This document shows positions 28,542-42,419 of a stretch of DNA of 64,000 nt, in pieces; the stretch's first letter is position 1; each line of letters opens with the position of its first letter. The stretch is from the NCBI RefSeq assembly GCF_009914755.1, contig NC_060929.1; one strand, given 5' to 3'. The position numbers were made by a program, and so were the translations under genes. The stretch is from the human T2T-CHM13v2.0 reference genome, Homo sapiens. The notes beneath the pieces are model-generated. The model ran no database searches. It was given only the letters and a program-made list of their open reading frames with translations, and had not been told where the DNA came from.

Positions 28542-31119
28542 AGGTTAAATAGGCAATCTTCCCATTTAGAAACATTTACAAATTCAAGTTTAATGGTCAA
28601 CTAAACTTATATTGAACTTAAAAGCTACAGTGTTTTCTGACACTTTTCTAGTGAATTGCTGGGATTTGGGCACTGATCTCTAGATCCGACAAAGACATGC
28701 ACTGAACCCCTCCACTGTGCCTCCTCCTCAGAAGGATCATCCTCTGAGCTTCTGCTAAGTAATGTCCTAAGCCTACTTAGTTCTTACACAGCAAGAGTCT
28801 TGGCCATCAGGAAATAAAGCTGTCTTTTAACAAGGGTTTGGCAGGGGCAGCACTTACCAGTCACTCCCTAGATAGCTCTTACTGCTGACGCTTGTTTAGT
28901 AGACAGTGATTTATAAGAAAAGAAAAAGTGTTTGGTCAATGAAGCAAATGCATAGACTCAAATAATATCATCCAACTTTGAAAACACTACCACAGTAGAA
29001 AGTTAATAATTACCCAGTACAGAGATATGTCAAATTCAACTTTGTATCTTTAGCACCCAACACATTGAAATAGAAGTAGAAGCCAATGAATGAATGAACG
29101 ATTTTTGAGCACCTATATTATGTAAACTGTGTTTTAGAATATCCAAACATAATCCTTGCTACTTACAGTTGAGAAGAAACAACATAAGTGAAAAGCTAAA
29201 CACAGGAAAAGTAAAAGTTAAGACAATGTTAAATGAGATGATGTATCAATAGGCAGAAATAATAAATACAGTAATCGTCATTTATGAATGCTTACCAACC
29301 ACTAGTGCTGAAGATACTCAATGCACCCAGCTCTGCAGGGTGGATCTTATTTATCCCTATCTTAAAGATTAGGACATATAAAATCATGGAGATTAATTTG
29401 CCCAAAATCACACAGCTAGAAAGTGTCTGACTCTAAAGCTCAAATTGTTTTGATCAATTCATGATGTTTCCATCTCACAATTCTGTCTATTGAAAACTAA
29501 TTCTACCACAGAAATTTTTAAAAGGGAAAGACCACATTGACTTGGGTGGCTGGGAAACAGGCTGTGAATGTATTGGGATTTGAACAATTTGGAATATCTA
29601 AGAAACAAAAGTCTTTCTATCAGAGTGGAGGCAGAATTGATTTTTAGTGTCACTAATTAGAAATCACATAACATTAAGAAGAAATTAGTTTGAGAGTTCT
29701 ACCTGTAGGTGTAAAGTTAGTAGAAAAACAGTATTTCTTGGAACTAATTTTTGGTTTCTAATATGAAACTTAGAATCTTAGACTCAGTCTCCAAAGAAAT
29801 AATAGCATATGGTCTGTCTTAAGCTCTTTTTCAAATATGATTACAAAAATGAAAATATCTTCTGTTTATCAGCAAATGAAAGGCCACTAATTCTTTTTAC
29901 ATTCACACTTGGTCAAAGCCCTATCTAAGTTCTTGAGAGCCTGCTAGCAGTAATAGTTTCCAAGAATTCAAAATCTTGGAAAAGTTCATTCAATAGATTT
30001 TTTTTAACACAAGACATTGGTTTTGGGACATAAGTGCAGTGGCAAAACTGGCCTAGGATAGAGCTACATCCTCATTTCTGTATGTCATCCATGACCAAGG
30101 AAGGCGGACCCTGGCTGCCTTCACCACTAATCCCTCACTGCAGCTCTCTGCCTTGTGCCCTGCTATGTCTGTAGATCTTCACTCAGCTTTCCTTCACTGT
30201 TTTGTAATTTTCTCCCTTATAATTGCTCTCGGTGTGTACTTTAATTTGATTAAATCAGCATAAACACTTAAAAACATAAAAACAACCAATAGCCCTCATC
30301 ATCCTAGTGAGGTCTCTAGCTATAATTTAAATGTCTGACTTTTGTGTTTTGAGGAAAAGGAAAGAATAAGCTCTATCTCATCACCTATCTGTATACATCT
30401 AATAGAAATGCTCATACACCTATTGAAATAGAAGATTTGGGATCTAAAATGTGAATGTCATCTAAGATAGATTCATACTGCTGAGATTTTAACTGTAAGT
30501 TCTGTAATTAATATATTATGGCAAATCATGTCCATTATGTCCGGGAAAAGCTTATGCAAAGAAAAAGAGTTATACAAACCTTTATTTTACTTATTCTTTA
30601 CATCTCTCAAGGAGATTGCTATTTCAAAAATGCTTTCAAATTTTAATAAACTACCAACAGAATCCAACTTCTGGGTGTTACCAGGAAAATTAATCCCCAG
30701 CTGAAAGCAAATCTTGTAATAAAAGGATAAGTAGTAATTCATTCTTTATGGCTTTAATTTCAGAATTTCAATTACTGATATGCCCTTCCAGAGATATTAC
30801 ATGGGCATACTTAATGTTTCCTTGGTTTTCAGAGGGATGTTAATATTGTATCAGTGATAAAAGAGTAAATGCTCTCATTTATTTGTTATACAGTAAAGGT
30901 GGGCACTGAAGGCTGGATTCTCAATTGTAAAGCTATCTCTTGATTATCTGGGGATTTACTGGCCCCCTTAACTATGACTATTAATTAATACTTCCACCAG
31001 AGACAGGGAAAGGAAGATGAAAACCAAAGCAGATTAGATTTCTAAATAGCTTGACAAATCTATGATTTGTTATTTGTCAGCAATGCTAATAAAAGATACT
31101 TAATGAGAAAGAATGACCC

Positions 31120-31440
31120 ATTTGTTCATTTAGCCAACTATTTATTGAGCACTTACTATATTCCAGGCATTGTTATCAGCCATGAACAATGCAAAATTCT
31201 TGCTTTCATGGAGCTTAACTTTTAGTGGAGGAGATAGAACACAAATTAGTGTGCGTCAGATGGTGATGAGAATTTTGGAGAAAAATTAAGTAGGGTAAGA
31301 GAATAGGAAGTTTCAAATAAGGAGAAAGAGTTCTATTTTTTAAGGTGGTGTATAAATGTAAATCTGAATGAGATTAGGGCAGGAGCCAATGGATATTCTG
31401 AGGAAGAGTATTCCAGATAGAGAAAATAATTGGCTAAAAT
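31120..31440 (-). mobile_element. L2 fragment
   Basis: cattt...tatttattgagcacttacta..ccaggcattg. Confidence 0.7.
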
Positions 31441-31752
31441 GAGGGAGTCTACGTATCCAGTGGGTGGGCTTATTTGTCTGAGATCCAACAGCTGTTAACC
31501 AACAGCACAGGTGATTGGGAATCATGATTAGACTAAGAACACGAATAGAAACCAACTCCATCTTCTTCAGTGTTGAGGTACTCAACAGTCAATCAAGATA
31601 TGCCTCATATCTATGTGAAAAATATCACTCTGTGTCAAAAATAATGAGAGAATTCAGAGGACAAAGATCAGAATTTAGCTATTAGACTGTAACTAATATA
31701 ACTATTGGAAAATTAACTTACATTTCCCATTCCTTGGTTTCATCATCTAAGT

Positions 31753-31978
31753 CAGGTTTTCTCAGTGTCGGCACTATTGGTATTTCAGCTGGATCATTCT
31801 TTGTTGTGAGTCTCTCCTGTGCATTGTAAGATGTTTAGCAGCATCTCTAGTGTCTACCCACTAGATGCCAGTAACACCTCTCAGTTGTGACAACCAAAAT
31901 TGTCTCCAGATGTTATCAAACGTCCCCCAGGGGCAAGCAGGTGGGAGGGGGGTAACTGCCCCCAGTTGAAAGCTATTA
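31753..31978. mobile_element. MER20 hAT DNA transposon
   Basis: gatgtttagcagcatc...ctacccactagatgccagta...cagttgtgacaaccaaaa. Confidence 0.85.
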
Positions 31979-32834
31979 GCCTAAAAATAATGATTTCACA
32001 GAACTTGTATTTTCTAATAATTAGCCCAAACACTTTTTCCAAAGAGCAAGAGAGGCATGTATATGGAGTGTATGTCCAGCATGACTTAATTAATTTCCAA
32101 TGATAAACATCACAAACTAAATTATATGCATATAATTTTGTCTGAAAACATCAGAGCAATTATTACTTTAACTGTCTGTACCATACATTGTAAGACAGTC
32201 TGAATATTTTCAATAACAAACATTGTTCTTGCCAATCTAACAGTTTTACCTATTCTAAAAGGGAATTTGAAGCCAACATCTTATCATGAGCAAGTCACAT
32301 GCAGAAAACACACACAGAAACCACTCACAAGTCCCCATCCCTCATCCTACCTCTTCCCAGTCCCATACCTCATTTAATTCAGATTGGATTCCCCTCTCTC
32401 CTCAAACCCTCGGCCACTCTACAGTGACTTCTCAACTGATGATATATGATTCCAACCCTTTTATCCACTTCTATTCTTAAAAATCTTTCATTCTCTGTTA
32501 TTTAATACTTCTATGGTGCATCATCTTGATAGGTCCCGTAGGTACCTTCCTGTACCTCTATTACTTCTGCTTTTGCCCCACATGAGTAATTCAAGGCCTC
32601 TTTAAATGCCCCCTAAAAAAAAAATCCACTCACACAGACTCATTGGTAGCAATGGGGACTTTATGGAAGATTTTGCCTGAGACAAATGCAACCTAAAGTC
32701 CCCCTTGGCACATTCCCCAGGTTCTTTGGGGGCTTTTCTCCTCCATTCTCCTGCCTCTGACCTTTCTCTCCTCTGCTAGACAATGCAGGTCCTCTCTGCC
32801 CCTGCTCCTCTCCCAGCCACATACCGGCACTTAG

Positions 32835-33092
32835 CAGGAGTCAGCAAACTATCACACTTAGCCACATTTACCCACAGCTAAGAATGGCTTCTATGCATTC
32901 TAATAATTAAAGAGTTCTATTTCATAACATGTGAATATTACATAAAGTTTGATTAGACTATAACCGTACTCATTTCTTTACATATCTGTGGCTGCTTTCC
33001 CACTGCAATGGAGCATTGAGTGGTTGCAACAGAGACTATATGGCCCACAATGCCTAAAATATTTACTATCTGGCCTTTGACAGACAACGCCT
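32835..33092 (+). mobile_element. MER58 hAT DNA transposon
   Basis: caggagtcagcaaact ... gcctaaaatatttactatctggcc. Confidence 0.85.
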
Positions 33093-33484
33093 AGCATGAG
33101 TAATAATCCCCACCACAAGGGAACTTATCAAAGTATTTCCTCCACACACAACCAGTGAGCCCCAGGCCATGAGAGGAATTCTGCATGGATAACACTACAT
33201 TTCAGTGTGGCTGTGGTTAGCTCCCAGCCAGCAGTGCTCCTGTCACTGTGTGTTTGTATTTTAGGGTATGTAGAGGGGGTGTTAACAGTAGCTGGACTGA
33301 ACTCAAGCTCAGGACAGGAACCCAGAGTGTACTTACCTTGCCTCTGGCACCTCCCACATCACCCCACAAATACTTGCTAGACACACTGAGTCTCGTCACC
33401 TCAAAAAACTGCAGACTTTTTCAATACTAATTTTTTATGTTTAAATTAACTTATTTAAATGAAACAAAACATTTTTTCCCATAG

Positions 33485-33620
33485 ATTTCATTCACTTTCA
33501 AGTAATCTGTACGAAGAAGTTGAGAATAATAAAAAATGGACAGAAAACCAATTTCTCAAATATAGAAAAGACCACCTGGGCCATATAAATGAATGTCTGA
33601 AGGTCCTACAGGAGAAACTG
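33485..33620 (+). CDS. FAM81B: FAM81B coding exon (136 nt; FHSLSSNLYEEVENNKKW...KVLQEKL)
   Basis: ttttttcccatag| acceptor, CTG|gtgagg donor. Phase 2 to 0. Confidence 0.93.
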
Positions 33621-34679
33621 GTGAGGAGTTCTGTTATTTTGTGAAGCAAGCACCTGCATAGTCCTTGTTAGCAGTGAGTAAAGGTCTGGGAATTTGTACT
33701 TCAACATTTATGGTAATCTTCACTGCTTCAGTAACTTTTTTTTTTTTAAACACCACAATAGGAGTCCAGAGGCCTGTCTTCTGGTCCTGTTTGCTACTCC
33801 CCAACTCTGCAAACCTGTGTTTCTCAGAGTGTGCTCTACCTGTACCAAAAGAATCTGAAGAGGTTTTTTTTTTTTAAAAAAAAAAAATAGATTGCCACCC
33901 CAGACCCAGAGAGTCTGACTCTCTTGGGGCCTCCCCTGGGAATCAGTGGTTAAAGGCACACTCCCTGAGTGATGTGCAGACAAGTCATTTGACTTTTCTG
34001 AAGATCTCTTAGTAGATTAAAAGTTTTCAAAACTCTTTTTTTCAGATCAGACCATGTAAAGACAGCCCCAAGCTTTGGGGTGAGGCTACCAAGGTTTATG
34101 AGAAATATACTTATTTCAGGGGTCCCCTCTCCCACTGCAACCAGCACACCTTACCCAATGGGAAGGGCAGCACAGCGCCATCACTGTGGTCAATGGCTGC
34201 CAGTCCTGCAGGTGACTAAAGTAAGATGTTTTGAGAACTTAGGTAGAGAGACTTTAGGCAGAGGCAGCTCAGGAAATAATGTCCCCAGCTCCAGCCTGAG
34301 TTTGTAAACAGCTGATAGAGTTACAAAGGAGCCAAGAGTTGGAGATAAACATAAAGCTTTATCACTGGTAAGGCTATCGAAGTATGTGTGGTAAGACTGC
34401 AGCTGCCGAGTGGGACTGCTAGCTCTTCACTCCTGAATTAGGCAGATTCCTTTACCAGTTATACGCAGCACTAGGTAACCGTGGGGTCATTGTGCAGGCA
34501 GAAACCTCCCACCATAAGGAACACAGAGACTGGAATCCACCAACACTTATTCCTGAGGCAGATGGGGCCAAAGAGAGGAGAACCAAAAGGGTCATACCTG
34601 CCATGCCCAGTTCCTGCTCCCAGATTCCCTGTGGAGAAGTGAGGAGAAAAGCAGCTGATTATCCTAAGGCTGACTCTGC

Positions 34680-34832
34680 AGTCCCTACCTTGGTTGTACA
34701 TTAGAATCACCTGGAGAGTGCTTAAATCCTATCAGTTCTTGAGCTCCATCACAGACCAATTAAATCAGAATTCCTGGGGCTGGGGTATGGTCCAGGTGAT
34801 GTTACTAAACGACTGGAATGGCGAGTCACTAT
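34680..34832. mobile_element. MER5 hAT element
   Basis: cattagaatcacctggag...agaccaattaaatcagaat. Confidence 0.7.
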
Positions 34833-35191
34833 TCTAGCTGAAGTCTGTCCACGTGGAGGTATGAAATTGAGGGAGTATGTCCAAGAAACTCAGGAAAAGC
34901 AGTATCTAAAATGTCTTTGAATATTAGACTTAAATGCCAAATTCTCAAGGCATTTGGGCCACGCTACAGCCCTTTTCTTTTATTCCATTACATGTTGAAT
35001 TCCAGAAACTACAAATGAACAGGGCCAAAGGGATTAACTCTTATACTTATGAACACAGTTTTAGATACAAAGGAACTTGGTTTGAATTTTCATGCTTAAC
35101 ATAGAAAAATGAATGTTAAAAATATTTTCTCTAAGCTGAAAGATAAATCCATGTACATTTCTGAAGTTTTATCCCATAATCTCTTTTACAG

Positions 35192-35387
35192 GAAAAGTCT
35201 GAAAATAAAATGGAAGAAAAACTGCTGCAGCTTTCAAGCAAAGTAGAGAATTTCATTAACACACAGAAACAGGAAACACAACTAAGTAAAGTAAAGCATA
35301 TGGAAAATAAATTGTCCAAAAAGATGGAACAAATGGAAAAGCAGATCTGGGGTGAATTAGAGACAATGCAGAATGAATATCAATCAG
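35192..35387 (+). CDS. FAM81B: FAM81B coding exon (196 nt; EKSENKMEEKLLQLSSK...MQNEYQSG), coiled-coil-like
   Basis: ctcttttacag| acceptor, CAG|gtgagc donor. Phase 0 to 1. Confidence 0.93.
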
Positions 35388-37071
35388 GTGAGCAGATACC
35401 TTTTATTAAGTAAAGAATATCTGTCCTTTCCTGTTCAATCCCTCAGTCTTCCACTTTGAGCTAATGGCCAGGGATCAATCTTGTCATTAGTGACATCGTT
35501 ATGTATTTATTCCACTTTTCTAAATATCCTATAGAATATGAGTATTATACTGGAAGGCATATAAATAAATTAACTTTCTTCACTTGGCAATGTCACAGGC
35601 CTGCCATTGGTGTGAATTTTTTTTTTTTTTTTTTTTTACTAAGATCATGGAATTTTTACTAATTCATGGAATTGTCAGACTTGGAAAATCCTTGGACATA
35701 CCCAAGACGTGACTTGTGGGTATGTTATGAAATTAAGAGCCTAAATCAAATGCCCTTCTCATTGAACTACAAGTAATGAGCTTGGACAGATGTCAGACTG
35801 GAGACCTGACCTTTAGAAGTGAGAAAGAGGGATGAATTAGCAGAGTCCAGTATAATGACTGCTTTTATTTTGAAGAGGCTAATGGCAGCAGTGTCAAGCT
35901 GAGCTAACATCAAAGAGGATTAATTTGAAAGGCTCATCTAATTTCTCAAAGGGAAGGACATGGAATAGGTGCTGTGGTGCAGCCATCTGCCTTGAGTCAT
36001 AATTCTGAGGGAATTACCAGGACTCAGAAGAGTTTCTTTCCTAGAGAAAGTCCCAAGTAATTTTTTTTCTTTTGTCTTCTAGATCTCAGAAAAATTCATG
36101 TGTAAATTCTACCAAATTTGGTCCTGTATAGAGATACCTTGGAGGTGCCTTGGGAGGACATGAGGGTCTCAATCTGCCAGATGTTCCTGGCATATAAGTA
36201 GAATTTGCTGCCTGGAAATTCAACCCTCACAATATACCCCTCCCACCGTCATATCAAAATAATGAATTATCTGGCCAGGAATCATGTCCCAAACTTAACT
36301 GGCCCTTCTTTTAAAGGCTCTGCTTTCTGTTTAACTATCAGAGGTTTAATTTTACTTATTCCATTAGTAAAACTTCAGGGTGAACTGAAAAGGAATTTAC
36401 CATCTGCAAGTTCTTTCATTTTACTAATGAGGAGGAGTTCTAAAAAGGGGGAACTTCAAATTAATGGTTTGCTGCTTTATGCCTTTAATAAAAATGTGTT
36501 GAGAAACGACTCTGTGAAAGGCCCCAGTGAATAACAAATGGGTTGTGCCCTAAGGCCTTGAGGTTTGATAGGTCTGTGGTCAGGAGTGACTAGACATGCA
36601 TAAGAGAGATACAAAGTGCCAGGAGGGAGGAGGGCAGCAGGGGGCCGCTGTTAGGTCCCTCAAATAGGCTACTTTCAGAGAAGATTTAAAATCTCATCTG
36701 TGATCTTTACCTTCAATTTGGTAACAAGACTGAAAAAAAATCACACAAGTCTCTCATCAAAGCATTCAGAAAGAATAAAATATTTTAAATTTCTCTCTTG
36801 CAATATAGAATTATGCAATATATTTGAGGAGGAGAAAAATAAATTTCACAATGAAACCAGATAACCAGATATAAGTTGAAACACTATTGTGAATGGATCT
36901 TCATGACATACAAGAAATATATTATGTACAATTTTAGGCTGGTCTTCATAGAATTTAATGCGCTTGGAATTAAATGATAATCAATTATGGCAGGACTGCC
37001 GATTAGCAACTTTTTTAAAAAAAAGCTCTAATGCATTGTTTAAGTGTACCTATTCTTTTACCCTCTTACAG

Positions 37072-37205
37072 GATTTAAATCAATTCATGACTCTCTCAGC
37101 TCCCTCCAACAAATACAGAAAACAAAGATGGATTTAGAGAAATATAAAGTACAGAAAGACCTAAAGAAATTACAGCGCAAGATAGTGGAACTCCAGGAAG
37201 TATAA
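37072..37205 (+). CDS. FAM81B: FAM81B terminal coding exon (FKSIHDSLSSLQQIQK...KIVELQEV*)
   Basis: ccctcttacag| acceptor, phase 1 entry, TAA at 37203-37205. Confidence 0.93.
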
Positions 37206-37342
37206 ACCTTTTCAGTCATCTTCTTTTTCATCAGCCAATGGAGTGATTTGTTGGAAAAAGTTCTGAAGAAGAAAGTTACTATCTCTGGGATGTTTACTGC
37301 TTCTAATGTCTCCTTTTAAGGAGACGAATGTACCAGAAAAAT

Positions 37343-37348
37343 AATAAA
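37343..37348 (+). terminator. FAM81B: Probable FAM81B polyadenylation signal AATAAA (short 3'UTR of about 160 nt)
   Basis: First AATAAA after the stop codon. Confidence 0.7.
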
Positions 37349-37959
37349 GCAAAGAAGCTTTGGATGTCTTGAATTTATTAATGAAAAAACTAAGAAATTT
37401 CTTTATATAGCTGCCTTTATGTATATATATACCTATAAATAACGAAAGAGGAATCTACATAAGGTACATGAGTGAAGTAGGCCAGCTGTAATATATTAAA
37501 GAATGACAGGAGCTCTGGCAAATTGGAGAGCACTTACTCTGTCTAAAAATAATAGCTACTATGTAGTGACAGTCCATGACTAACATATATATATATATAT
37601 AAAATCCATTATTATCCAAAATTCCACTTTTCAAGAGAAATTCCTCTATTTTTAAGCTTTAGCAACTAGTTCAAAATAGTTCTCAAACTATGTGAGATAC
37701 GCCTGTGGAGCAGATATGACCTAGTGGTCAGTTTGCAACTTCTAATCTCAATGTTTGTAGCAAGTCTAACTTATGCATATTTAAAATATATTTTCCTTGT
37801 ACTCAATATGTACCAGAATTATAAGCAATTAAGAGCCAAACCATGCAAAATAAGAGAATACAACAGTTTCCATGAAAACATATCCAACGTAATTTGACCT
37901 AGGTGCTAAATTCAGAAGTACTTCAAAAATGCTAGTTTCCTATACAATTAAAAATTGTT

Positions 37960-38253
37960 GGCCAAGTGCAGTGGCTCACACCTGTAATCCTAGCACTTTG
38001 GGAGGCTGAGGTGGGTGGATCACTTGAGGTCAGGAGTTTGAGACCAGCCTGGCCAACATGGTGAAACCCCGTCTCTACTAATAACACAAAAATTAGCCGG
38101 GTGTGGTGGCGTGCGCCTGTAATACCAGCTACTCGGGAGGCTGAGGCAGGAGAATCACTTGGAACCCTGGAGACAGAGGTTGCAGTGAGCTGAGATCACG
38201 CCATTTCACTCCAGCCTGGGTGACAAGAGCAAAACTCTGTCTCAAAAAAAAAA
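37960..38253 (+). mobile_element. Full-length AluS (Sx/Sq)
   Basis: Alu dimer with TSD aaaaattgt. Confidence 0.93.
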
Positions 38254-38739
38254 TTGTCTAACTTTTCTAGATATAAATATTAAATATAGAGCCTAATATT
38301 GAGCAGTATATTCATGAAACATAAAAATGAACTATTCAGGATATGCACTCTGCTATAACAAGGACTAATTTCTAATCACAGAACTTATGTAAGCTTGGCA
38401 ATGGAAACTTTGCTTCCGACTTAGGCTCCTTCCTTGGCTTAGGGAAGAAAAGTGACAACTTCCTCCCCTAATACAGAACAAGTTTACCTTCTGAGTAAAT
38501 TTTTGACTAATGCTCACTTCTGTAATGTTTTAACTGTATGAAACATCTCCTTTTATTGCTATTAATAACCCACATGCAGCATCATTGAGTCTATAACTGA
38601 AGGGATTTTCATAGCAGAATTTAATTTAAGAGTTTAAAATGCAGTATGTTCAGTGATGATATGGTATCCAACGAAAAAGTAAGAAATATTAAAATAATGC
38701 AATGGTAAGTGTCCTTTGTAACCAAGTATCATGCTAAGA

Positions 38740-39500
38740 CAGAGGGCTAATATCCCAAGTAATCCCAAATAACTTTTACAAGTAAGTAAGAAAATAATCA
38801 ATTTTTTTTCAAAATGGGCAAAGGATATGAACAGGCAAGCCACAGAAGAATATAATAATATGAAGGTATGAGAAGATGTCCAACTTTACTGTTAAATAAA
38901 TAAAAATTAAGAAACCCTTAGCTACTATTTTCAAGATTGGCAAAGATTAAAGTGATTGATAATACTGGGCTGGCAAGGGTGGAGAAAGAGTGCACTCTCA
39001 TACATTATTGGCGAGTCTATAAATTGGTACAATGATTTAGATGGCAATTTGAGAACATCTGTTAATGTTTTTAAATGTAAATATCTTTTGATCCTGCAAT
39101 CCATGGCTAGAAATTTATATTACCAGGGGAAACAACTCCCAAAGTGTGCAAAGATATATGAACAAGAATGCTCATTATAGCATCATTTGTTATAGTTAAA
39201 AAAAAAAAAAAAAGGAAAAGAAACACCAAAACCAGAAAACACCCAAATATAAGGAATTGATTGACTAAATGGTATTAACAAGACCACTCCCCCCACCACC
39301 CAATGCTGGACAGCCCTTTAAAAAGAACACAGAAAGATGTCCAAGATATACTGTTAGGTGAAAAAGACAAGTTTAAAAGCAATATGGATATGATCCACTT
39401 TTGTCATAAAATGTTTTAACTAAGTTAAACATAATATGCATATACTGTATGCCAAAAAAGGTAAGAATTTACAACAAACTTAGTGGATTCTATTTTTTAA
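38740..39500 (+). mobile_element. Old L1ME 3' fragment
   Basis: aaaatgggcaaaggatatgaacaggca and gcactctcatacatt...taaattggtaca. Confidence 0.75.
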
Positions 39501-40021
39501 AAAACTTCTGTTTTCTACATTAAGGATTTATGAAAGCTTTTATATTTTTATATAATATTTTTGTTTCTACTAAAAATATTTTATAAAAACAACAACAAAT
39601 ATAATAGGCTGAAAGAGTAACTCTTTGTAATGAACTAAACAAATGATTGTAGGGAGGGTTAAATTAGGAATTAATACAGACTAAGAGTCAAGTCATCTCA
39701 CTCTCTTTTTGCTATACAGACATAGCTACAAAAGCAGAGAGGATACACAGCAACTGAAAAAAATATACATTTTCTCCTTGTTCTAAATGTTCTAATGTTC
39801 TAAAATGTTCTAAATTAGATTGTAGTTCAAATAATAGTGTAAAATCAGGCCAAAAGTTTTCCAACAATAGATCTTTCATTGCTCTTGGCCAGGACAGTAA
39901 CATGTGGGGCAGTAGATCAAAGGATCAAAGAATCCTCTATCACCACTCCTCTACTTGGGATGCCAAATTGAGGTGTTCACGGGTTTGCACAGACTCTAGA
40001 TAGTCAAAGAACTATGCTCAT

Positions 40022-40452
40022 TGAGCAGGTGGATCCAGGTTTCTCAGAGTCTAAAGCTTATGATGTTTCAGTTTGTTATTGATGTACTGTCCTGATGCCA
40101 GATGAGTTAGCACAGAAGTCTATAAGAATATTCCTGGAAGCCACTCCTAATCAGGACAGCTAGTAGTAACTCAACACAGAAGTGACTGTGAACAACATGA
40201 ATATATCCCTGTAATCCAAATGTATCCCCAACTCAACTTCTCTTTGTCCACAGCCACTTCAGCACCACCCGACATCAAGGGAAGTGGGAGTGAAAAGAGG
40301 CAGTGGTCTTAATCAATGGCATTCATCAATTATGTTTAAAATGTCTTACTTCTGTAAATATGACAATGATCTTGTAAATACATGGCTAGAGCTCATGCAA
40401 GCAGGAGCCCCTGAAGCTTAAGAGCCATTGTTTCACAGTAAATTCACCTCTG
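40022..40452 (-). mobile_element. Arthur1-like hAT-Tip100 DNA transposon
   Basis: Terminus gcccctgaagcttaag...cacagtaaattcacctctg. Confidence 0.55.
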
Positions 40453-40810
40453 TTCAAGGAACCAGTGGAGCACTGGGCCTCCCTCCCCTTGCATTTATTT
40501 TGACAGAAATCCAAAAAGATAAATAAAACTATCCTCCTAAAGAAGCTCAATATACATGGCACTTTATTCCGTATCAAACATTATTACTTAATCCTTTGGG
40601 AAATGTCAGACTTCTCTTCCCACAAATATAGGATGATTGAGCACTGGAGAATCTGCAATCCAGATCCACGCTACAGACTTGAGGCATATGTTAAAATATG
40701 CTCAGGTAGTTTTTACTTTAAATACAAACACCATTTAAACAGTCTTGAATAGTTAAGGGTCCTACTGCCCTTAAATTTCCTGTTGTTTCCTTCCTATTAT
40801 CAACACCTGC

Positions 40811-41940
40811 TCTTAGAAAACATAGGAGAAAAGCCCCTTGACATTAGTTTTGACAATGACTTTTTGGATATAACACCAAAAGCACAGGCAACAAAAGTAA
40901 ACAAGTGAGATTACATCAAATTAAAAAGTTTCTGCACAGCAAAGGAAACAATCAGCAAAATGAAAGAACCTATGAAATGGGAGAAAATATTTGCAAACCA
41001 TATATCTGATGGGGAACTAGTATCCAAAAACATATAAGGAACTCAACAACTCAATAGCCAAAAACACAAATAACCTGATAAAAAAATGGGCAAAGGACCT
41101 GAATAGATGTTTTTCCAAGAAGATATACAAATAGCCAACAGATATATAAAAACTCAAATGATAACAGGTGTTGGTGAGGATGTAGAGAAAAGGGAACCCT
41201 CGTGCACTGTATGTGGGACAATAAATTGGTACAGCCATTAGGGAAAACAATATGGAGGCTGTTCAAAAAAACTAAAAATAAAACTATCACATGATCCTGC
41301 AATCCCACTTCTGGAAAATAAAGTGAAAACAGTATGTCAAAGAGATATTTGCACCCTATGTTCACTGCAGCATTATTCACAATAGCCAAGATGCGGAAAC
41401 CACCTGACAGAAGAATGGATAAACTGTCATCTATGTATATACATATATATATAATTCAGGTTTACAGAAGAAAGAAATCTTGCCATTTGCGACAACATGA
41501 GTGAACTTAGAGGGCATTATGCTAAGTGAAATAAGCTAGGTACAAAAAGCTAAATACTGCACAAACTCACTTACATGTGGAATCTCTTTAGAAATAAATG
41601 AAGAATAGAACAGTAGTTGCCAGAACTCATAGAAATAAACAGAGAATAGAACAGTAGTTGCCAGGGGCTGGGAGCCAAGGCAAATGGAAGATTTCAGTCA
41701 AAGGATACAAACTTTAAAGTTAAAATGAATAAATTCTGGAGATCTAATGTACAGCATGTGGATCATACTTAATAATGTACTGTCTATTTGAAATTTGCTG
41801 AGAGATCTTCAGTGTTCTTACCACACACACAAAAATGGTAACTATGTGAGGTGATACGTTAATTAGCTTGATTGAGGTATCACAGTGTATATTAAAACCC
41901 ACAATGTACATCTTACATATGTAGAATAAAAAATTTTAAA
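40811..41940 (+). mobile_element. L1MA/L1MB 3' end
   Basis: acaccaaaagcacaggcaacaaaag, cattatgctaagtgaaataagc, ttctggagatctaatgtacagcat, and an AATAAA tail. Confidence 0.88.
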
Positions 41941-42280
41941 CTTGCTCTTTGGGGAAAAATCATATGAAATTATTCATACTGAGGTCATGTTCAAAGTGTT
42001 TTACTTCTGCACTAAAAATTAAGGACAAATCCCTCCCCTTCTGCCACACAGGTAACTGCTTTCTCAGCCCCATTGTGAGGCATATATGCTTGCCATCTGG
42101 TAGTCAGGACAGCAGCAAGGCCCAAGACTTTGGTCAAAGAAACAGCATTCCCAGAGTACTCTAGACACCAGCAGCCCTCCCGTCTTCTAATTTTCCAAAC
42201 ATAGACTCCCTTCCATTGGCTTCACCCATAGTAGCAGCAAGTAGCATCCCAAAACACCAAGAAGGAAAAATTTGATCTAT

Positions 42281-42283
<3 letters not shown>

Positions 42284-42332
<49 letters not shown>
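42284..42332. repeat. (CA)n microsatellite, about 24 units
   Basis: Visible directly. Confidence 0.97.
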
Positions 42333-42336
<4 letters not shown>

Positions 42337-42419
42337 GCACATTGTTGCCTTACAAAAGGGATCTCCAAAGTTTTTGTGAAGTATTACTATTTCTATCTTT
42401 CCAGCTTCCATACATCCAT

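Noticed and set aside
41590-41663. About 41-bp tandem duplication (agaaataaa...gaatagaacagtagttgccag)
   Set aside because: Internal to a decayed L1 3'UTR, with no sign of function.
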